Made by a program: the position numbers and the translations under genes
In this document: piece after piece, positions 46,762 to 55,694 of the stretch
How positions within the stretch are numbered: the stretch's first letter is position 1
How the letters are laid out: every line of letters begins with the position of its first letter
The notes under the pieces: generated by a model
The model's input: the letters and a program-made list of their open reading frames with translations, nothing else
Told to the model about the DNA's origin: nothing
Databases searched by the model: none
NCBI GenBank assembly: GCA_938045815.1
Contig: CALIBI010000018.1
Location: 11,027-75,026 of the forward strand
DNA length: 64,000 bases
DNA from: an uncultured Sulfolobales archaeon
Lineage (GTDB): Archaea; Thermoproteota; Thermoprotei_A; Sulfolobales; NBVN01
Direction of reading: 5' to 3'

Positions 46762-47820
46762 ATGGTGTTTCCGAAAGCCCGTAAAACTAAGCTTAGTAAA
46801 GGTTTTGAAATCAGCTTCAAACACCTTAGTAGGGGGAGTAGTAAGGCTGTTGTCTTGATACACGGTAACCTATCATCATCACTAATTTGGGAAGATCTAA
46901 TGCTGAGAATACCTGAAGACTTCGACTTAATTGCTCCAGATCTGAGAGGTTTTGGTGATAGCGAGAGAAGAGCCGTAGACGCTACCAGAGGCTTAAGAGA
47001 CTTTTCAGACGACATACTGGATTTGTTAGTAAGTCTTAAGTATGACTCATACGTGTTAGTAGGACATAGCATGGGTGGAGGTATTGCGTTACAAGCACTC
47101 ATAGATTCTCCTAGAGAAGTCAAGATAAAGAAGATCGTACTAGTAGATCCATTATCGCCGTATGGTTATGGCGGCACTAAAGATATATACGGTACGCCGT
47201 GCTACAGTGATTATTCAGGGTCTGGCGCAGGTCTCGTAACTAAGTATAATCCTGAGTTTGTTAGATTACTTAAAGCCAAATACGCAGGGACTGACCACCC
47301 TTCAGCACCTGCTAACGCAGTTAAAGCTTACTTCGCTGACGACTATGTGATTAATGAGGCCTTAATGAGTAAGCTCTTGAAGATGCTGTTCAGTACTGAG
47401 GTAAGTGAGGATAACTATCCGGGAGACTATGTAGAGAGTCCTAACTGGCCCTACGTAGCACCGGGGAGTAAAGGAGTACTTAACGCGATGAGTCCTAAAT
47501 ACCTCAAACTAGAGGAGGTGTTAAACATTCCTGTGAAGCCTCCTATACTGTGGGTTCACGGGAGTAAAGACATAATAATATCTGATATGTCTATGTTTGA
47601 CATAGCCGTATTAGGACTTATGGGATACATATCGGGGTATCCAGGCCAGGAAAAATTCCCGCCACAACCTATGGTGAGTCAAATAAAGAACTTTCTAGAC
47701 GAGTATGTTGTGAGGGGCGGAACCTACGAGAAATTGGTAGTTGAGGGTGCTGGACACACACCATTCGTAGAAAAACCTGAAGAATTCTTGAAGAAGTTCA
47801 TTGATTTCCTTTATGAGTAA
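46762..47820 (+). CDS. Alpha/beta-fold hydrolase (large lid insertion)
   Basis: VVLIHGNLSS, nucleophile elbow LVGHSMGG, C-terminal EGAGHTPFVEKPEEF. Confidence 0.75.
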   Translation: MVFPKARKTKLSKGFEISFKHLSRGSSKAVVLIHGNLSSSLIWEDLMLRIPEDFDLIAPDLRGFGDSERRAVDATRGLRDFSDDILDLLVSLKYDSYVLVGHSMGGGIALQALIDSPREVKIKKIVLVDPLSPYGYGGTKDIYGTPCYSDYSGSGAGLVTKYNPEFVRLLKAKYAGTDHPSAPANAVKAYFADDYVINEALMSKLLKMLFSTEVSEDNYPGDYVESPNWPYVAPGSKGVLNAMSPKYLKLEEVLNIPVKPPILWVHGSKDIIISDMSMFDIAVLGLMGYISGYPGQEKFPPQPMVSQIKNFLDEYVVRGGTYEKLVVEGAGHTPFVEKPEEFLKKFIDFLYE

Positions 47821-47871
47821 CTTAAGTGATTGCGGAAATCTGAAAACAGTTTCTTTACTTATATTCTCATC

Positions 47872-48567
47872 TCATTGATCATACAGCACCAAGTACTTAC
47901 TTACCTTACCTCTCTCTCTAATCGTGTCGAGAGCTTCTGCAGCCAACATAAAAGCTTTTCTAGGTATTTTGGAGACTCCTACACCAACTTTGATAGAGTT
48001 GATGCTTCCTAAGACTTCCAGCGTTTTCTGCATATTTTCTTCATCACATATCGAGACTATGTTGTCGCCGCCCAGGTATTGCACTATAGCTACGTCTCTC
48101 AATTCTTTCACATAGTGTGCTATCACGTTCAGGATTTCTGAGTATGTTCTGTAAATTCCTAGAGACCTAGTTTTCTTGGTGAAGTCGTTGAGGTCTGCGT
48201 GCGCGACTACTAGTGATTCAGGTAAGCAATTCACGTCTTCTTGGTAGTTCTCATTGCTTAGATCCATCTTGAGAAGGTCTTTGATTTTTCTGCAGGTAAC
48301 TAAAGTGTTTATTGGTGTTGGCGCGTAATTCAGCAGGACCTTCCTCAAGCCTTCATTAAATTCCCTCACACTAACTTCGTAAGGCAGCAACATTATCTGG
48401 TAGTCATATCTTAGTGGGAGTGCTATGCCGCCGTAACTAGACGCGAAAGACTGAATAACTTGGTATACCTTAGACTGTGTGAGCTGAATAAACCACTCCC
48501 TATCCTTACCTAAAGACTCAGTCCACTCTCTATACTTAACGAATTCAACGAAAACTGCTAAGACCAT
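47872..48567 (-). CDS. arfA: GTP cyclohydrolase III (archaeal riboflavin/F420 pathway)
   Basis: Aligns by eye with M. jannaschii MJ0145: VAHADLNDFT versus LAHVDINDIT, YLGGDNIVSIC versus GGDNFMCPC, KVGVGVSK versus KAGIGIGK. Adjacent to ribH. Confidence 0.8.
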   Translation of the reverse strand: MVLAVFVEFVKYREWTESLGKDREWFIQLTQSKVYQVIQSFASSYGGIALPLRYDYQIMLLPYEVSVREFNEGLRKVLLNYAPTPINTLVTCRKIKDLLKMDLSNENYQEDVNCLPESLVVAHADLNDFTKKTRSLGIYRTYSEILNVIAHYVKELRDVAIVQYLGGDNIVSICDEENMQKTLEVLGSINSIKVGVGVSKIPRKAFMLAAEALDTIRERGKVSKYLVLYDQ

Positions 48568-48583
48568 CTTACCACGCTGTCAG

Positions 48584-49045
48584 TTATTCAATGAATGATG
48601 TTGTGCTAGGTGATTCACTTACTTTTAATTTCTTTAGTCTCTCACACATCTTGACAGCAGCTTCAACAGCTCTCCTAGCGTAATCCTCAACTCTTTCGAG
48701 AGCTTGCATTCTAGTAGCTCCAGGACCTATGATGCCTAGAGTGACTGGTTTCCCGTACTCAATACTTAAATCGAGGATCTTCCTAGAAGACTGCTGAGCT
48801 ACTACCTCATCATGCTTAGTTTCTCCCTGAATGATAGCGCCTAAAGTAACTACCGCGTCTACTTCGTTTTTCTTCAGTAGTTCCTTCACTGCTAGCGGTA
48901 TCTCGAAAGATCCGGGAACCTTAACTACGTAACTCACTTGAGCACCGAGAAACTCAGCGTGTTCGAGAGCTTTCTGAAGCATCAAGTATGTTACGTCGTA
49001 ATTAAACTCAGCCACAACTATAGCTAGCTTCACCATCCTTGACAC
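48584..49045 (-). CDS. ribH: 6,7-dimethyl-8-ribityllumazine synthase
   Basis: [51 protein letters not shown]. Typical RibH of about 150 aa. Confidence 0.9.
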   Translation of the reverse strand: MSRMVKLAIVVAEFNYDVTYLMLQKALEHAEFLGAQVSYVVKVPGSFEIPLAVKELLKKNEVDAVVTLGAIIQGETKHDEVVAQQSSRKILDLSIEYGKPVTLGIIGPGATRMQALERVEDYARRAVEAAVKMCERLKKLKVSESPSTTSFIE

Positions 49046-49149
49046 ACCCTCTAAACAAAACGTGAAGCACCTTTATATTCTAATCAACTAGATTCTAACA
49101 TGAAATACAAATAAGCTCAGCAACACATAGGTTAAATGGGGGTGGTGTA

Positions 49150-50193
49150 GTGACTCAACGCTTAATTACCTTGGCGCACGGTGCTGGAGCCGCAGAGACT
49201 TGGAGACTCATTAAGGAATTAATTATTGATAGAGTGCCTGAGAAACTAAAGAAAATTGAGGGTGGTTACGGATTAGATGTTTTAGATGATTCAGCGACTC
49301 TTAAAGTGGGTGATGACTTACACGTAGTAATCACGACAGACTCCTACACAGTGAGTCCTTACAGATTTCCTGGCGGTGATATAGGTTCTCTAGTAGCGCA
49401 TGGCGTCATCAACGATCTAGTAGTTTCTGGTGCTAAGCCAGTCGCTTTCATGGACACCATAGTTGTTGAGGAGGGGTTTCCTGAAGGAGAGTTGAGCGTC
49501 ATAATTAACTCCCTAATCTCTGCTTTGATTGAGGATAACGTGTCCCTGATTGGCGGAGACTTTAAGGTCATGCCTAAGGGAACGCTCGATAAGATACTGA
49601 TAACTGGGGTTGGCATCGGTCTTAGTAGGAGACCTATACCAGATAATGAGTTAAGTGTTGGTGACAAAATAATAGTTACTGGCTACGTAGCAGAGCACGG
49701 CGCAACTATACTAGCCGCTCAACTAGGTTTGCTAGACAAAATCAAAGGACTTAGAAGCGATACTAAGTCTTTAGCCAGGACAGTCCTCAAAGTTATAGAG
49801 GAGTTCAGAGACTACGTGCATGCAGCAAGAGACCCCACGAGAGGGGGTCTGGCATCAGTACTTAATGAGTGGGCACGCTCAAACAACTTAACAATAAGGA
49901 TACATAAGGACAGGATACCTGTGAGAGAAGAAGTAAGAGATTTTCTTGAAGCTATGGGTGTTGATTATCTTTCTATGGCGTCTGAGGGTATAGCACTCCT
50001 AGCAGTAGATAGCAGGAGAGCTCCCGAGATTCTTGAGAGGTTAAAAGAGGTAGGTGAGGAGAATTCTGAGATAATAGGTGAGGTAATAGAGCCTCCCAGC
50101 AATTTCCTCAGAGGCAGGGTTATCGGTGTGACGGAGGTTGGTGGTAAAGTATTAATAGAACCTAAATCTATTAACTTACCAAGAATATGTTAG
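49150..50193 (+). CDS. hypE: Hydrogenase maturation protein HypE
   Basis: AIR-synthase-like ITLAHGAGA, DDSA, TTDSY.V.P..FPGGDIG.L...G..NDL...GA.P, ARDPTRGGLA, and the diagnostic C-terminal PRIC. Confidence 0.9.
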   Translation: MTQRLITLAHGAGAAETWRLIKELIIDRVPEKLKKIEGGYGLDVLDDSATLKVGDDLHVVITTDSYTVSPYRFPGGDIGSLVAHGVINDLVVSGAKPVAFMDTIVVEEGFPEGELSVIINSLISALIEDNVSLIGGDFKVMPKGTLDKILITGVGIGLSRRPIPDNELSVGDKIIVTGYVAEHGATILAAQLGLLDKIKGLRSDTKSLARTVLKVIEEFRDYVHAARDPTRGGLASVLNEWARSNNLTIRIHKDRIPVREEVRDFLEAMGVDYLSMASEGIALLAVDSRRAPEILERLKEVGEENSEIIGEVIEPPSNFLRGRVIGVTEVGGKVLIEPKSINLPRIC

Positions 50194-50205
50194 GAGGGGT
50201 TGCTG

Positions 50206-50442
50206 ATGTGTTTAGGAGTGCCTGCTAAAGTTCTGAGGAAGTGGGTTCGTGAAGCATTAACTTACGCTGAAGTAGATTTAGGAGGTATTACTCAGGAAAT
50301 CATCATCGCTACCGACGACGAGGTAAAAGAAGGAGACTATGTTATAGTTCACGCAGGCATCGCTATATCCAAAATAAATGAAGAAGAACTTGAAGAAACG
50401 CTTAAGCTGTATAGGGAGTTGAGGCTCGAAAATACCTATTAG
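50206..50442 (+). CDS. hypC: Hydrogenase maturation chaperone HypC/HupF
   Basis: Starts MCLGVPAKV (the essential N-terminal Cys after Met). 78 aa with DYVIVHAGIAI. Lies 12 nt after hypE. Confidence 0.85.
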   Translation: MCLGVPAKVLRKWVREALTYAEVDLGGITQEIIIATDDEVKEGDYVIVHAGIAISKINEEELEETLKLYRELRLENTY

Positions 50443-50555
50443 ATAAATGAATTCTTATAAAGTGCGGCCTAAGAAACTTCTCAGTCATTATTCTGGGATA
50501 ATTTATAATGTTGACGCCAACATTTAATTAGAGCAGAACCTGGGGATGAGTATTA

Positions 50556-51905
50556 GTGAGGCTTAGTATAGGTTTCCCTATAGGAGGCACTCACTATAGA
50601 AGGAGACCCAAAGCTACCATAGGTTTAATACTAGTTAACGTGTTAATATATTTACTCACATCATACGAGAACCTCTTTACAACAATTAATAATTACTGGG
50701 TTAGTAGCGGTGGGTTTGTTCCAGCACTACTTGAAGACCCTACCCAGGCATACAGAATACTAACTTCTATGTTTCTGCATGGAGACATATTCCACATATT
50801 CTTTAACATGTATTTCCTCTACGTATTTGGGAGAGCTGTTGAGGATGTTTTAGGGAGTCTCAGGTATTTAGTGCTATACTTTATTTCAGGAATATCAGCA
50901 GCACTGTTTCACGTGACTTACAGCTTCTTAGGCGGTCTTTCATCTTACGCTATACCAGCTATAGGTGCTTCAGGAGCTATAAGTGGGGTTTTAGGTGCTT
51001 ACCTTATCTTCTACCCTGGGACTTCATTGACTGCTTGCTGGATTTTCTTCGTATTCCCGGCATGTTTCTCTGTGAGGGCTTCGTTTTACCTTATCTTCTG
51101 GTTTATTATTCAAGTCATTTATGGTTATGCTAGAATTGCTGGTAGTGTGGCGGTGTTTGCTCACGCAGGTGGTTTTCTAGCAGGTATTGCTATTCTCCCA
51201 TTAATAGTAAATCGCTCAAGACTTAGTGAACTGAAATTCATAGAATACGTAAGATCGCTACCCTACTTAATATTTACGTACCCCAAAACACGAGGACTCA
51301 GCAAAACATCTAAAGCGATCTTATCGTTAGTTATCATCTCAGTCATAGTTGGAGGCATCTTAGTGCTAACAGCACTCCCAGAAGTAGGTAACGTGAAGGT
51401 CATGAACCTCCAGTACACGTACGACGGGATCCTGTATCGTGATTACGCCGTGATTCAGCTACCTGACGTGCAGAGCTACATAGCCGAGACCCCCCTAGAC
51501 ACTACTAGGATACTGCTCAGCAGACTCAACGCGATCAACCTAATATATAACGAGAACACACAAAACAAAGACTTGAATCTGGAGAATCAGCATTACGTGA
51601 TCACCTTAAGAGTTGGGAACTTACGCCGCAACATCAGCTTATTGATCAAGTATTTTAGTGGTCACTACGATGCTGAAGGCTTCCTAGAATACGGTCGCGG
51701 TGAAATAGTTACACAAATCCTGGTAATTAGGGGTACTCAGGTCTCTATCATAGATAACGTAGAGTATCAATTCACGGTGAGTTCTAAAACAACAGACTTA
51801 AGTAGGGTTACTCAGAACGTGGGGCTCTCGTCAATAATAATAGCTTCAGGAGCTCTCCTAGTAGTACTCGGCAGAGATAAGGAATTAGCTCTGGTAGGTG
51901 AGTGA
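50556..51905 (+). CDS. Rhomboid-family intramembrane serine protease with a C-terminal extension of about 200 aa
   Basis: FLHGDIFHIFFNMYFLY, catalytic GASGAISGVLGAY and FAHAGGFLAGI. After residue about 230 there is an extra TM helix, a soluble region of about 170 aa and a final TM helix. Confidence 0.8.
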   Translation: MRLSIGFPIGGTHYRRRPKATIGLILVNVLIYLLTSYENLFTTINNYWVSSGGFVPALLEDPTQAYRILTSMFLHGDIFHIFFNMYFLYVFGRAVEDVLGSLRYLVLYFISGISAALFHVTYSFLGGLSSYAIPAIGASGAISGVLGAYLIFYPGTSLTACWIFFVFPACFSVRASFYLIFWFIIQVIYGYARIAGSVAVFAHAGGFLAGIAILPLIVNRSRLSELKFIEYVRSLPYLIFTYPKTRGLSKTSKAILSLVIISVIVGGILVLTALPEVGNVKVMNLQYTYDGILYRDYAVIQLPDVQSYIAETPLDTTRILLSRLNAINLIYNENTQNKDLNLENQHYVITLRVGNLRRNISLLIKYFSGHYDAEGFLEYGRGEIVTQILVIRGTQVSIIDNVEYQFTVSSKTTDLSRVTQNVGLSSIIIASGALLVVLGRDKELALVGE

Positions 51906-51907
51906 GA

Positions 51908-52666
51908 ATGGCGAGAATCTTACTGATATCTGATATACACGCAAACCACGACTCACTAAGATTAATCATGAATAACGCAAGGAGCTACGACGAAATAATA
52001 GTGTTAGGAGACTTAGTTGATTACGGACCCGATCCTGATTTAGTGATAGATGAAGTAAGGCTTGCGGGTGCTAAAGTAATAAAAGGGAATCATGACGAGG
52101 CCGTAGGCAAGAACGTAGACTGCAGGTGCGGGCACGAACTACATGACGTAAGCGAGTATACGAGGAATGAGATATCTATGAGGAAGCTATCAAACAATGA
52201 CAGAAAATTCTTGAGTGATTTACCTGAAGTTCTCAAGATCAGCTATGCTGAGCCACCACTAGTACTGGTACACGGAACTCTACAACAACCGCTTTACGGA
52301 TACCTATACCCGTGGCTAGGTAATGAGGAAATATGCTGGTTACTTCAGGAGAGAAGAACCTACAGATTAAGCATGAGTAAAAAAGAATGCGAGTTAGTTA
52401 AGTCAGTGTTTTTTGTGGGGCACACCCACTACCAATTCCTACGTTTGGTTAGGGGAGCTGTCGTGATTAATCCGGGAAGTGCTGGTCAGCCGAGAGATGG
52501 AGACCCCAGAGCTTCCTACGCGATTTATGACACCACGGATAACAGCGTAACGTTCTATAGAGTCAAGTATGATGTAGAGAAAGTTCTGAAAAAACTGCAG
52601 GAACTAATCAAGGATCAAAATATTTACAGCAAGCTGGCTAACGTCTTAATAAAAGCCTCGATATAG
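51908..52666 (+). CDS. Metallophosphoesterase (YfcE/MJ0936-like)
   Basis: ILLISDIHAN, VLGDLVDYGP, GNHD, VGHTH, NPGSAGQPRDGDPRASY. Confidence 0.8.
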   Translation: MARILLISDIHANHDSLRLIMNNARSYDEIIVLGDLVDYGPDPDLVIDEVRLAGAKVIKGNHDEAVGKNVDCRCGHELHDVSEYTRNEISMRKLSNNDRKFLSDLPEVLKISYAEPPLVLVHGTLQQPLYGYLYPWLGNEEICWLLQERRTYRLSMSKKECELVKSVFFVGHTHYQFLRLVRGAVVINPGSAGQPRDGDPRASYAIYDTTDNSVTFYRVKYDVEKVLKKLQELIKDQNIYSKLANVLIKASI

Positions 52667-52769
52667 GCAGACTAGCATTTTCGTTATAGATGCTTGGAAA
52701 CTCGCGCAATATTTGATATGCTTCACAAAATATTCTGTCTTAGTCTTAAAAGCTGGTTTTCAGTTGTAG

Positions 52770-53669
52770 GTGGGAGGAGATTTGAGAAACACTAGGGGGT
52801 TGCATCTCACTGATCTCATCTTAATGATGACTGCGTGGGTAAGCATATCGTCTGCTTCTGTTCTAGTAATTCTATCAGGCACTACTGCTTTGGTTTGTGC
52901 TTTCTGGAGGGTTTTCCTGAGTTCTGTTATTATGTTATCTTCGGGGCTAGTATGGCGTCCTGAAACAAGCCTGGCTAGTCCTCCAATATATTTGAGGTCT
53001 GTCATCGCAGGTGTTTTGTTAGGGTTTCATTTCTTGACGTGGATGGAATCTCTTTTTCTGATACCGGTAGCACTCTCTACCACCGTAGTCGTTACGTATC
53101 CTTTAATAAACGCGTTCTTCGAGGGTATTACTCATAAAACGTTAAGAAGAGTTGAGGTTCTAGGACTTGCTCTGGCTTTCGCAGGAGTCGTTATAGCTAC
53201 TCAACCTCAGCTAAGCAGTGAGTCTGGTGTGTTAGGTGTTTTTCTAGCTTTCATAGGTTCGCTATGTGCGGCTGGCTACTTCTACTTAGGTAGGTCTTCC
53301 AGGAAGTCCGGGATGTCTCTAATAAGCTACACTATTATTGCGTACACGGCAGCTTCACTAACTCTCCTTACCTATGCTTTAGTAACTAAATCAACTCTAC
53401 TACCAGCTTCAACTAATTCATGGGTTTACGTATTCTTGCTGGCAATCATACCTATGCTGGGAGGACACACAATCATTAATTACTTACTAAAGAAAATGAA
53501 GTCATATGTAGTTACTTCAGTGGCTTTAGGAGAACCTCCGGGAGCTACATTACTAGCTGCACTAATACTAGGGCAGCAAGTACGAGCAGAAACTCTGGGA
53601 GGGATGATATTAGCCTTAATAGGCATACTAATAACTGTTCACGGATCCTTAGGAAACTCCAAAACATAA
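52770..53669 (+). CDS. EamA/DMT-family transporter
   Basis: 10-TM protein with two EamA-like halves. Third EamA paralog in the window. Confidence 0.7.
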   Translation: MGGDLRNTRGLHLTDLILMMTAWVSISSASVLVILSGTTALVCAFWRVFLSSVIMLSSGLVWRPETSLASPPIYLRSVIAGVLLGFHFLTWMESLFLIPVALSTTVVVTYPLINAFFEGITHKTLRRVEVLGLALAFAGVVIATQPQLSSESGVLGVFLAFIGSLCAAGYFYLGRSSRKSGMSLISYTIIAYTAASLTLLTYALVTKSTLLPASTNSWVYVFLLAIIPMLGGHTIINYLLKKMKSYVVTSVALGEPPGATLLAALILGQQVRAETLGGMILALIGILITVHGSLGNSKT

Positions 53670-53735
53670 ATTACGTTACATATTTAATTCTTATTCATGG
53701 CGAGATACGTAGTAAGCTAGCAAGGATGAGGAGAG

Positions 53736-55052
53736 ATGAGGAAGAACGTTGCGAAGATCTTGATGAGCATGGAAGCATTCTTCGGAGGTTTCTACGTAGC
53801 CGTGACTAGAGGTCTTTTTGTACCAATGCTTACTTACTCAGGCTACACCCTAAATGAGTTATCTCAAGTTACTTTCTTTGCTGCGTTAATGAACGTCATC
53901 TTATCGTACTTAATTTACAATTATCCGAGTCTCCTAGCTAAGAACGTAAAGATGAAGTTGTTAGTTGTTCACGGTCTTGAGAGGCTATTATTTGCTTTGC
54001 TGCCTTTCCTTATAGGTATTCCAGACTTACTAATAATAGTTTACGGGATAGCTTTAACCGTAACTATACCTGTGGGTGTCTTGCTTAACGTTGCTCTACT
54101 TAATGTTTTTGTTCAGGATGAGTTCGTAGAAATAAATGTTTTGAGAGCTGCTTTAGGAGCTGCGTCTTCGCTCTTAGGATCTATTTACACGATATTCGTA
54201 GCGGCACTTATAGAAGCACCTGCGTCGTATTACGTAGCTTACATATCTTCTTCTGTCGTAGGGTTGCTTGCTACGGCAGTCCTGATCTACTACAACATGC
54301 CAAAGGAGTTTAGTGAGTCTGAAGGGACTGTGAAGGTGGAGGAGGTTGAAGTAAGGAAAACAAATACGTTCTTAATGTTAATTCTGATGATGAGTGGGGG
54401 TAACTTAGTAGGTCTCGCATGGCCTCAATTCCTCAAGACTATAGATTCACCCCTATACTTAACCATAGCTCTTAATCTAGCAGGGAATCTTGGAGGTATA
54501 GTAGGTCCCTACTTGTGGAAAGGCTACAGGTCATACGTCCTTGCAATAGCTATTAATATAGCTTTCACTTCAGCCATACCTTTCCTCATTAATCCCCTAA
54601 CTCACGTGTTTGTTTCTGCTGTTCTCTCAGCAACCTTCATAGGAGCTAACCTGATAGCTTCCGCGATATACTCTAAGTACGTTGAGTCTTTAGGAATAAT
54701 TAAAGCATCTACCTTCCTGACCTCATCTAGTGCTGTTGGCTTACTCATAGCGTCAGTTCTCGGCAGATACTTGCCTGACACACCGCTACTAGTGTTTGGC
54801 TTAGCTACTCTCCTTAAACTCCTCGCGTTATTCGTGTGCGTACTGGCGATCCCGGAAACGGCAGTAGTGCCTCCGAGAACGGCGTACGGTTATGGTAAAT
54901 TCATCTATCTAGTAAGCATGATAGGCTACACCTTCACAGTAGAAACCTCTAAGAGGGTGTTTAAGCTTTTCATCCAGTTAGTAGCTCTAGTACTCCTCTT
55001 GATTTTAATACTTTTGCTGTACGAATTAATCATGGTACTCTCAACAGTGTAG
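53736..55052 (+). CDS. Polytopic membrane protein (about 12 TM, MFS-like topology), unknown function
   Basis: 438 aa, hydrophobic throughout, no diagnostic motif recognised. Confidence 0.5.
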   Translation: MRKNVAKILMSMEAFFGGFYVAVTRGLFVPMLTYSGYTLNELSQVTFFAALMNVILSYLIYNYPSLLAKNVKMKLLVVHGLERLLFALLPFLIGIPDLLIIVYGIALTVTIPVGVLLNVALLNVFVQDEFVEINVLRAALGAASSLLGSIYTIFVAALIEAPASYYVAYISSSVVGLLATAVLIYYNMPKEFSESEGTVKVEEVEVRKTNTFLMLILMMSGGNLVGLAWPQFLKTIDSPLYLTIALNLAGNLGGIVGPYLWKGYRSYVLAIAINIAFTSAIPFLINPLTHVFVSAVLSATFIGANLIASAIYSKYVESLGIIKASTFLTSSSAVGLLIASVLGRYLPDTPLLVFGLATLLKLLALFVCVLAIPETAVVPPRTAYGYGKFIYLVSMIGYTFTVETSKRVFKLFIQLVALVLLLILILLLYELIMVLSTV

Positions 55053-55053
55053 G

Positions 55054-55662
55054 TTGGTCGCTATGGAGATAACCGACATACTGTACGAGGTCTTAAGAAG
55101 TACCGTGAGATTAATCCCTTACGTGGTATTAGCTGTAGGTATTGTTTTACTTTCTATCCTCCTGGCTAAGCTAATAAATAAAGTAATTAGGTGGGTTGTG
55201 AGAGTAAGTAATTTAGAGGATCTTGTTAAGGGTGCGGTTCCGGGTGGCTTAAGATTCTCCGTAACAACATTAACTATAATGATAGCTGATATAGGTATAG
55301 CTCTACTAACTGTAACTATGATAATCAGACTACTTGCTCTAGCAACTTCTGACACGTACGCGGAGTTAGTGACGTATATCGCTCGAGTAGTGAGTATCAT
55401 GATAATGCTGTTGATCTTGATGGTAGCTCTAGACATCCTCAGCAAGACAGTAATCTTCGAGAAGAAGGTTGAGAGTCTCTTATTCATACTCTTATTCTTC
55501 TTTGGTTTAGCAATGATAGTTGACTTAACTGGTCTGAGTCCGGAGATGAAGTCCTCGCTGGGTTGGGGTGTGGCTATAGGTGTGGGATTGTCTCTAGGGA
55601 TATTTACGTTATGGCTTCTTTTCAGTGACATGCTAGAGAAGAAGTGTTCTCAAACACGGTAA
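55054..55662 (+). CDS. Membrane protein with repeated TM helices (possibly the conserved-TM-helix / MscS-associated type)
   Basis: About 200 aa, 4-5 TM helices, 1 nt after the previous gene. The start may be ATG 55063. Confidence 0.4.
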   Translation: MVAMEITDILYEVLRSTVRLIPYVVLAVGIVLLSILLAKLINKVIRWVVRVSNLEDLVKGAVPGGLRFSVTTLTIMIADIGIALLTVTMIIRLLALATSDTYAELVTYIARVVSIMIMLLILMVALDILSKTVIFEKKVESLLFILLFFFGLAMIVDLTGLSPEMKSSLGWGVAIGVGLSLGIFTLWLLFSDMLEKKCSQTR

Positions 55663-55694
55663 AACGTTAGTGTAAGACCAGGTTCTCGGAATAG

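Noticed and set aside
46740-47123. 127-aa minus-strand ORF
   Set aside because: It is antisense to the alpha/beta hydrolase gene (HGNLSS, GHSMGG motifs on the + strand). Shadow ORF.
47830-48115. Short + strand ORFs (47830-48012 and 47924-48115)
   Set aside because: They overlap the GTP cyclohydrolase III gene on the opposite strand, and that gene has clear family motifs.
55119-55631. 170-aa minus-strand ORF
   Set aside because: It is antisense to the membrane-protein ORF 55054-55662. The Ile/Thr/Ser-rich translation mirrors hydrophobic codons, which marks a shadow ORF.
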